Below, piece by piece: positions 56,496 to 64,000 of a stretch of 64,000 nt of DNA; the stretch's first letter is position 1; each line of letters opens with the position of its first letter. The stretch spans positions 1,216,001-1,280,000 of the forward strand of contig CM000434.1 in NCBI GenBank assembly GCA_000165345.1, given 5' to 3'. A program made the position numbers and the translations under genes. The notes beneath the pieces were generated by a model that was not told the DNA's origin, did not search any database, and worked only from the letters and a program-made list of their open reading frames with translations.

Positions 56496-56947
56496 AAAGT
56501 TGACTCGCCTAGCTAGAACTTACCATCATTGTTGTTACTCATCCTAAATATTAATTTTTAAAGACAAAATCAGAATTTTTATCTTCCTATTATTAATGAG
56601 CGAAGTATCAGCATGAGGGGTAAATCCAAATCTTAGATTTAAGAGGGGAGAGGCGCTTCACAGATAAACAAAAAAAAAATTAATTCAAGAACGAACTTGA
56701 ATAGCTCCAAATTATCTAGAAAACATAAATTAATTTTTCTAAAACAATCTTATCTCTTTCAATTTCCATGCCTAACAGGATTATTTTTCTATATATTTAC
56801 CTACTCCCTCTATTTCGTCATCGCACACAAACTGAATATAAACTCACTTGAACCAAATTAGTTCTTAATTATTAACTAACTCTAAATTAATTCAAAACCC
56901 ATTTTACCTGATAAAATCAATGGTGCCATTAGATATACCGGCCATAA

Positions 56948-56970
56948 AAAACATGCATGCATGCAACAAT
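56948..56970. promoter_or_regulatory. acatgcatgcatgcaa motif in the divergent promoter between the ABCG and 57152 genes.
   Basis: Read directly. This is the same GCATGC class seen at 3826, 10925 and 19900. Confidence 0.3.
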
Positions 56971-57151
56971 AGGACCGCAAGAACGCGCCAACTTGTGGAT
57001 CTATTAATAAGAGATGGCCATTTTGAAATTTGTTCAAGAAAATTGGGAAATTACTACCAGGTTTGCTATTAATAGAAGAGTTTAAACTAATTTTAAGTTG
57101 GAAATGCATGGTGCTTAGAACTAGGTTCAAGTGAAAACGAAAAGTAACAAT

Positions 57152-58612
57152 ATGAAGCTGCTAATAAGGCTTGCAGTTTTACTTGGAATATTAGTGGGAG
57201 TGTATACAAATGAATTGAATGATGATATTGTAAAAGAAATTAATTTGGATCAATCTTATTTGAAGTCAGTTATTGACATTGTTATGGACCAGTATTATTT
57301 CATGTACTATCATCAGGGAAGAAGAGGAGGAAAAGGAAAGTGGTCAAATGGAATAGGTGGTCTACCATCTCCAAGAATAGCAAAAAAATATATAATGACA
57401 TTCGTTCAGAGTGATCCTGAGGATAATTTATTTGGAGGTATTAGTTTGAAATTTTATATACGAATGTGTACAAACCTAATAAATCATTTCCCCAGATTGC
57501 ACCATGGAGTTGGAGGAGGTATCTTAATTGCAATCCATTCCTATCAGGAAGAAGAATATACCATAGTAAGAGGATTTTGTACAGAGGCAGGAATGATGCA
57601 TTTCTTTAAAAAAGAAATGGAAAGTTTGATTCGGGAATCTTCTAAGCCAAATTCTTTGATCCCTCCCTTGAATAAATCAATTTTTGATCAGTATAATGTT
57701 GGAGGAAATTGGGACGATTTTGTAGAGAATTGTGAAGATCTGATTAAAGAATTTAAAGAAATAAACATTAAGAGAGACAGTTCTAGCAAATGGTCAAAGA
57801 TTGATTTCTCAGAAATTTCTGACTTTTGTGAAGAAGTTTCTGATGATATTTATCCAAACTTCAGTCAAAGTCAAAAGGAATGGAATCATATTTATGCTCT
57901 ACAAAACTACATTATTGAAAGGAAAGGAGAAATGAGAGCTCCAATCATTGGTATTCCTTCCAAGAAACCTGATTACTATGTTGCTGGAAGGCATCAATCA
58001 TCAATGTATAGAAAATGTCTAAGAGCATTATGGGATATGTTTCAATATGATGATGAAATTAACTTAAAAATTGCTGGAATTAATCAATATGAAACTCTTA
58101 GAAGCTTTTGCAATGCTGCTAAAAATTACTATACCAGAAATGGCAGGATTTCTGCGTATCCAATGATTAATATTGGAGATCCTCCGAGAAAAAGAAAGTT
58201 ACCTACTGATGAAGATGGTTTGGTGAAACAGATTTTGGAGAAACAAAGAAATAAAGAGCTCAAAGAAAAATTATTAACTATGCAAATGAGGAATAAATTT
58301 GAAAAACTCCAGGAAGAGAAGATCAAAAGAAGAAGAGAAATTAGGAAGAACATCAAAAAATCAAAGGTCATGCCAACCACTGCCGATTTCCCCCTGGAAG
58401 GAATTCTATCCCCTAAAGAAAATTCTTCTCCTGAAGAGATTCAAGATACTATAAACATTCTCAATGAACTTCCTAGCACAAGTTTTAAAGAAGATGGTCT
58501 TCTTGAGCCACAACCAAATATTTCCACAATTGAAAAAAACTCCGAAAGCAATGAAGAATTGGACAACTTTGGATTAGAAGCTGCTAATGAAGAGTTTAAT
58601 AAATTATTATAA
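57152..58612 (+). CDS. Secreted hypothetical protein with a signal peptide and a K/E/R-rich C-terminal region.
   Basis: The track start is GTG (57131); the first ATG, 57152, gives MKLLIRLAVLLGILVGVYTNE, a signal peptide. About 486 codons stop-free. Confidence 0.5.
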   Translation: MKLLIRLAVLLGILVGVYTNELNDDIVKEINLDQSYLKSVIDIVMDQYYFMYYHQGRRGGKGKWSNGIGGLPSPRIAKKYIMTFVQSDPEDNLFGGISLKFYIRMCTNLINHFPRLHHGVGGGILIAIHSYQEEEYTIVRGFCTEAGMMHFFKKEMESLIRESSKPNSLIPPLNKSIFDQYNVGGNWDDFVENCEDLIKEFKEINIKRDSSSKWSKIDFSEISDFCEEVSDDIYPNFSQSQKEWNHIYALQNYIIERKGEMRAPIIGIPSKKPDYYVAGRHQSSMYRKCLRALWDMFQYDDEINLKIAGINQYETLRSFCNAAKNYYTRNGRISAYPMINIGDPPRKRKLPTDEDGLVKQILEKQRNKELKEKLLTMQMRNKFEKLQEEKIKRRREIRKNIKKSKVMPTTADFPLEGILSPKENSSPEEIQDTINILNELPSTSFKEDGLLEPQPNISTIEKNSESNEELDNFGLEAANEEFNKLL

Positions 58613-58700
58613 ATAATATGTAGTATAAATAGTATATATTAAGAAAATTAGTATAATTAAACCCCCTTCTTTTTCATTATTATTCATTATAGCATTAGAT

Positions 58701-58727
58701 TGCATGCCGAAATTTTGGCGCGAAGAT
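58701..58727. promoter_or_regulatory. gattgcatgccgaaattttggcgcgaagat: adjacent GCATGC and E2F-like TTTTGGCGCG elements upstream of the 58836 gene.
   Basis: Read directly. Confidence 0.35.
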
Positions 58728-58835
58728 CTTTATTTACATTTACAGTCTTTCAGAGATGTGTATTTTAGAATCTTAACCTTAGAAATATTTATATTAAAAA
58801 TATTACTGATAAATAGTTTAATTTAATAAGATCCC

Positions 58836-60078
58836 ATGGGTAAGTTTGTTTGGCTTTCATAAATAAGACGAATAACCAAACTAATTAATTTAATTTAAAG
58901 ATCCACAATTCAGGTTTAATCTTAGGCCAGTGATTCAGAATAGAAATAATTCAGGTACTCCAAAAGTATTTATTAGAAGTACAAGTACAGGAAATAATGT
59001 TCAAGGTATTTCTAAAACACCAATAGTTCCTTACAGACAAATGTATGGAACCAATTTTAATGACCTCCAAGGAGTATATTCAATGGTTTCTCCCCTTCAA
59101 AGTTTTAGAACACCTCGATTGGAGAATCAAAACCACAATAATTTTTTTCCTGAAAATAAAAATTACCTACAAATTAATACTGAGAGACTAATTCATTCAA
59201 GTAAAAATTTTATAGATGATTCTAAAATACTAACATATAGGTCAGGATCTTTTATACAAGCTAATTCTCAAGGGTACAAACCAAATGAAACACTCCAAAG
59301 CACAAACTATTCAGACAACACAACTGTTTCTGAAAGTCAACTTTCTTCAAACCAATTTTTTGAATCAGAGAATGATAGTTTCATTTCGCAGAATGTAAAA
59401 CCAAGCAAGAATTTAGTCAATAATGCTACTAATACCTTAGATAACAAATCTGAAAATGAATTAAAACAACTAATTGATGACCCAAAAGATCTTTCTTCCA
59501 CAAAAATTGAAAATAAAACAGATAATCGTATAGAACTAGATTTGAAAATCCCAAAAAATATTTCATTGGAAGAAATCTGTGAAACTGAACAATTTGACTA
59601 TTTTCCTCAACTTATTAATGAAGTAAATGAAAAAATAGATATGGAAGAAATAGAATATAATACTGAAGATATAAATCATAACTTTGACAAGGAGTCAATT
59701 ATATCCTCAAGCGATACTCAAGGATGTATGGAAATATGTATCACTCCTCCCTTATCATCAGAACTAATTACATCTAACAATTTTTATTTCCCAGAAGATA
59801 ACAAAGAAGAGAGTCAGAATGGTTCAATTTTAAGAACAAATAAAGATTTTTGTGAAGAATTTACAGATATAGAAACTCATAAAAATGATATTCTGGAGAA
59901 TCAGAATATTTTAAGAGAGAATGGAAAAAGAAAATTCAGATTTTCATCGCTTTGTCCTAAACTGCTCAACTGTCTATTTCCATGGATACGTTCTGAACAA
60001 TATTTTGAAGATCACGACCAACCAATTTTCTATATCACATCAAATAACGAAGAATCTCAAAAACTAACAAATAACTAG
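58836..60078 (+). CDS. Hypothetical protein. The proposed model has a 4-nt first micro-exon (ATGG), a 61-nt intron, and a second exon 58901..60078.
   Basis: The track ORF begins at GTG 58930, but its frame is open back to 58894 with no ATG before residue 38. At 58836 the sequence ATGG|GTAAGT ... TTTAAAG|AT fits a canonical donor and acceptor. Phase 1 joins into the open frame as M-D-P-Q-F-R... The alternative start is the internal ATG 59041. Confidence 0.4.
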
Positions 60079-60258
60079 AAGATATGTACTTAGTCTCCAT
60101 GTTATTTTTTTTGTTGTCTTAAAATTCTTTTTTCTTTTAATTTATATTACATGTAACTCTATCCTATTTGGCGGTAAATTCTTTTTTAATTTTGACATGT
60201 TAGTTTTAATCCAAAAATTTCAAAAAAAACTTCAATAAAAATATATATATGGAAAACA

Positions 60259-63200
60259 ATGAACCCAATAAATAACTGGAGGGTTTGGGTTTTAATTTAT
60301 TTCTATATTCACTATTTATTACTTAATACTATTGATTGCACATTCAATTTTAAAGATAGTGAATCAGAATACTCTGCCAACTTTTCAGAAAAGTCACAAA
60401 TTGACTCGAGAAAGTTTTCATTATTATTATATACAATAATTTCCCAAGTATTAACTGAAATTAATAGCTTAGATTCTGAAAATTTGGTAGAATATTCGAA
60501 GAATTTGAAGAATTTTAGTAAATTTATTATTCAAGATTTTGATAATTGTGAAAAAATCTTAATTGACGAAATTCCATCTTTATACCTACCATTCATAACT
60601 AGTCCTAATATTGAACATGGTCATAGTATTGCTTACGAGGTTTGTTGTAGGCTTAGAAGTACCATTTCTGCAGATTCTGAACTAACTGCTTTGCTTGGTA
60701 ATTCAACCAAATATTTAGATTATGAAGACTATGTGAAAACCTCTATGGAAGCTATCAACAAATTTGATGGTTCATCAGATGTTCCATCTTCTACTACAGG
60801 ACTTATTTATAGTACAACGCTTGATAATCATAAAGGAATCACTGGAAAGAAGTCTAAACTTAGAAATTTGCCCTACGAGGATGATATTAATTCTAAGGAT
60901 GAAGTAATAGATTCCAATTCAGATGGCTTGATCTTTAGTTTTGATGTTAAAGCAGCTCCATTTATGAATTCCAATACTCAACAATATATATATACTTATT
61001 ACCACCATTCAGATAACTCTAAGTGTTTAGGTTTGACCAAAAAACAACTGGAAATGGTTGAATCTATTCAAAAAGTATCTGTTAATGCTAAGGATGTCCC
61101 AAGAATACCATTAGACATAGCATGCACAGCAATGTGGTTTATTTCTCAAAGGTGGGATTTTTGTCCTTTAGTATTCAAGCAATTAATGCAAATAAAACGA
61201 TCCTCATCTATCAAATTTTGTGAAACTGTTAAACAAACAGCTACTGAAAGAACTAAATTTATTACTAAAACATTGAAAATTTCTGATTCTTTTTTGACAA
61301 TGAGAGCAGTAAAAATTCTAAACTATGTGGAAACTGTATTAAAACTCAATTCCAAATATTTTCCAGACTCTGAAATAACTTCTAAAGATATTGCTGATAT
61401 TATTTACAAAGGTGATAGTGATATTTTTGTTGAAGAAAATAATAATACAATTTTTAAGGAACTTAGAAGAAATAGAACTGAGAGAAAGTTTAATACAAAT
61501 AAAGAGCTTCCCAAAAGTAATATATTAGGACTTAGATATCCAAATTATAGAAGAGATAGACATAATTTCACAAGTATATTTGACCATATAATGTATTCCG
61601 AAAATCATTCAAAAGATGATGAAGGGGAAAATCTACTATTGCTTCCCTTAGAATTCAAAAGATCTCCAAATTGGACATCCGATAATCATCTTGGTAGTAA
61701 CTCTAAAGAGGTTGTTTCTTCTAAAACTGTTCTCCAAACTCATTATATTCCTCCTCCTTCAAGTTTCATTCCAAATGATGTTTCAAACTGGATCACTGGT
61801 CCATGCTGTTGGCTCGATGATAAATTTAAGCATTTACCTTCTTTAATCATTTCGATTTCAAAAAGAAGAGGACATAAGTTACATATTTTAAATGCATGTG
61901 AGGCAGTTTTTACTTTGATTAATGACTCTGGAGAATCATGTGCCAGTATTTTAATTTCTGCGGTATTTCTGGTATTTTCTCTAGAAAATTTTTCTGAAGC
62001 TTCAGATATTTGTTCAGAGACTGCAATGAGAGTAGGTTTACCATTCTATCCTAAGAAGGATTTAAAATCTACTCTATTCCCTACTGAAAAGCTTGAACTG
62101 GTTACTTTGTATGAAGGTATAGTTATTGCTCTTTGTCTTGAACTTGGAATTGTATTGGATATTGAAGATATTCACCAAATTATATTTAGTGATTACCCAA
62201 CTAAAAACTCCCTTGTCCCAAGATCAACCTTGAATTATCTTTTATATAGAGCATTAAAATTGCCAAATGACTTTGGAAAAACAAGAAACTTTTGGAATTG
62301 GTCAACACAAATGTATACTAGGATCAGTAATAAACAAGCAAAAATGATATTAATCAATAGAGCAACTCAATTAACTCTAGAAATAGCCCAAGTAACAAAT
62401 GAAATTGAGATAATGAATGATATTTTAGAAAAAGCAAGAAAAGATTTAAATGTCTCAAATGAAAAAATTAACCTTTTGGAAAATCCTAAACATAAAAAAA
62501 TACCTAAGACAAATTATTTACACCATTATAATTATGATTTCAAATTAGCAAACTTTGATTCCATTGAATTGAATTTAGTCAAACTTGAGAAACTAAGATA
62601 TGATTTAATTATTGAAAAGGAAAAAATTGCGAAATATTTGAATACACTTTCAACTTATATTGGAAGTAAGATTTATGATATCCCAAAAAATTTCGTGAAT
62701 AATAAGTTTTATCCTTTGTACAAACCATCCGTTTTTAAAATTAATATGTATGACTCAACAAGAATTCAAACAGGATATATTACTACTCGATCAACAAGAA
62801 ATTTATATCACCTAGTTGATAATGAGCCAATCAACAAAGACTTAGATGTATATCCACCAAAAATTAACTATTCGATCAAGACCATTTTCCAAGAAATAGA
62901 AGAATGTTCATTTTTAACTGACAAAGGTTTAGACTTAGCAATTTACTCTCAAGAGTTATTTAGTTTATACTTGAATATTCATGTTTCCTCTCAACTTTGT
63001 TGTAGCATAATTATGAATATGCATCCAAATATTAATATTAAAGATTCATTTATTCATTCGGCATATTCAATATTAAATTACAATTTTACTGATATAAACT
63101 ATCAAGAAATTGAAGAGATTTGGCTGAAAATTATCCCTATACTTTCGATTCCTTCTGGAAATTTGTTTAAGACTAGATTTTATCAGTTCATCAACTATAA

Positions 63201-64000
63201 GAAAGCCACTGAGTTTGAACCAAATTATGAAGCTCCAACTCAATTCATCAGTAAACATTCACCATCCAAGAAAGCAATAGTTCTAGATGATGCAACTTTG
63301 AAAGAAAAAGAAGAAAATGTTAAAAAAGGTCGTTATGCTATTTCAGATGCTAGACCAATTACTAATCAGGTTAAGAAACCAAAAAATTTGAGTCATTCCG
63401 GAGAGAATTATAAGGAAATACTCGATTTAAGTTATATTGATAAATATTGGGATAATGATTCTACTAAAGAAATCAAAAAAGAACACGATGAATTAATAAA
63501 TAATGAATATAGAGCATTGAAAGAAAAGATTATGGAAATAAATAATGAATTGGGAAAAATTTATGAGAAGCTACGTGATCCAAAATTTGTAGATAAAAGC
63601 AACTTTTTCCATGTAATGGCTTCAACATTAAAAACAGACAAAGAAAGAATTAAATCAAGAATTATTCATCTGGCAGGTGAAATAGCTGAGACAGAAGTCA
63701 AATATAGTGATGAGACAGGAATCTTAATTCCTAATAATGTAAGAAAATTAGCAGATCTTCATAAAATTAACTCAATCTCTCATTCAGATATTTTAAAATT
63801 AAAAGGTGATGATTCAGGAATGGATCATAGTCAAAGAATTAGAGAGTTAGAGGCAAAGATTAAAAGCAATAATATTGAAATGTATAAAATAATTGAAATT
63901 GAAGGAAATGATTTACATGATCCAAAGTGGTATTCTAGTATGGAGAAATGTTTGAGTAGTTTTATCCCTAGAAGGAAGGAAGTAAAATCAATAGAACCAA
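60259..64000 (+). CDS. Large hypothetical protein, partial (runs off the 3' end of the window), with an N-terminal hydrophobic signal or anchor.
   Basis: It is not in the ORF track because no stop is reached. Frame 1 is open from ATG 60259 (MNPINNWRVWVLIYFYIHYLLLNTIDC...) to 64000, checked at multiple points. That is more than 1240 stop-free codons in AT-rich DNA. Confidence 0.5.
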   Translation, partial: MNPINNWRVWVLIYFYIHYLLLNTIDCTFNFKDSESEYSANFSEKSQIDSRKFSLLLYTIISQVLTEINSLDSENLVEYSKNLKNFSKFIIQDFDNCEKILIDEIPSLYLPFITSPNIEHGHSIAYEVCCRLRSTISADSELTALLGNSTKYLDYEDYVKTSMEAINKFDGSSDVPSSTTGLIYSTTLDNHKGITGKKSKLRNLPYEDDINSKDEVIDSNSDGLIFSFDVKAAPFMNSNTQQYIYTYYHHSDNSKCLGLTKKQLEMVESIQKVSVNAKDVPRIPLDIACTAMWFISQRWDFCPLVFKQLMQIKRSSSIKFCETVKQTATERTKFITKTLKISDSFLTMRAVKILNYVETVLKLNSKYFPDSEITSKDIADIIYKGDSDIFVEENNNTIFKELRRNRTERKFNTNKELPKSNILGLRYPNYRRDRHNFTSIFDHIMYSENHSKDDEGENLLLLPLEFKRSPNWTSDNHLGSNSKEVVSSKTVLQTHYIPPPSSFIPNDVSNWITGPCCWLDDKFKHLPSLIISISKRRGHKLHILNACEAVFTLINDSGESCASILISAVFLVFSLENFSEASDICSETAMRVGLPFYPKKDLKSTLFPTEKLELVTLYEGIVIALCLELGIVLDIEDIHQIIFSDYPTKNSLVPRSTLNYLLYRALKLPNDFGKTRNFWNWSTQMYTRISNKQAKMILINRATQLTLEIAQVTNEIEIMNDILEKARKDLNVSNEKINLLENPKHKKIPKTNYLHHYNYDFKLANFDSIELNLVKLEKLRYDLIIEKEKIAKYLNTLSTYIGSKIYDIPKNFVNNKFYPLYKPSVFKINMYDSTRIQTGYITTRSTRNLYHLVDNEPINKDLDVYPPKINYSIKTIFQEIEECSFLTDKGLDLAIYSQELFSLYLNIHVSSQLCCSIIMNMHPNINIKDSFIHSAYSILNYNFTDINYQEIEEIWLKIIPILSIPSGNLFKTRFYQFINYKKATEFEPNYEAPTQFISKHSPSKKAIVLDDATLKEKEENVKKGRYAISDARPITNQVKKPKNLSHSGENYKEILDLSYIDKYWDNDSTKEIKKEHDELINNEYRALKEKIMEINNELGKIYEKLRDPKFVDKSNFFHVMASTLKTDKERIKSRIIHLAGEIAETEVKYSDETGILIPNNVRKLADLHKINSISHSDILKLKGDDSGMDHSQRIRELEAKIKSNNIEMYKIIEIEGNDLHDPKWYSSMEKCLSSFIPRRKEVKSIEP

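Noticed and set aside
56513-56523. An 11-nt intron (GTAAGTTCTAG) joining ATG 56542 to the ABCG frame
   Set aside because: The frame arithmetic works, but 11 nt is below any plausible spliceosomal intron length. It is kept only as a flag for a start-site problem.

Overview
The window is eukaryotic and AT-rich (roughly 30% GC) with a compact gene layout, and looks like an apicomplexan of the Cryptosporidium type. The evidence for that is short intergenic spacers; mostly single-exon genes with a few short introns (49-104 nt, GTAAGT or GTAGGT donor, TAG or AAG acceptor); palindromic E2F-like GGCGCC boxes and GCATGC runs upstream of genes; and poly-Asn coding microsatellites. I can support about 22 protein-coding genes.

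Genes with a recognisable identity: an ERGIC-53/VIP36-type L-type lectin; a Deltex-like WWE-WWE-RING-DTC E3 ligase; a protein carrying a Rubicon-homology cysteine-rich domain; an Aurora-family Ser/Thr kinase; Spt6; an ABCF ATPase; a four-AP2-domain ApiAP2 factor; and an ABCG half-transporter.

The region from about 32.7 kb onward is enriched for signal-peptide proteins: a mucin-like acidic S/T-rich protein, a 1302-aa secreted protein, a secreted kinase-like protein, and several proteins with no known function.

The most unusual locus is a five-exon minus-strand gene at 37061..39856. It encodes a secreted protein made of 5-6 tandem BCCP-like biotinyl-domain repeats in which the biotin-carrying Lys motif is replaced by Cys-containing motifs.

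Two more genes get unannotated 5' exons that restore a signal peptide or a start codon: 48216..51335 on the minus strand, and 58836..60078, which opens with a 4-nt ATGG micro-exon.

Positions 12218..15180 are largely N-masked; every ORF reported there is an artefact and the region cannot be interpreted.

The supplied ORF track uses TTG and GTG as start codons. I re-anchored six gene starts to ATG: five to the first in-frame ATG (456, 57152, 32735, 47418, and 56270 for ABCG), and 58836 to an upstream ATGG micro-exon.

I found no rRNA, tRNA, CRISPR array or transposon.
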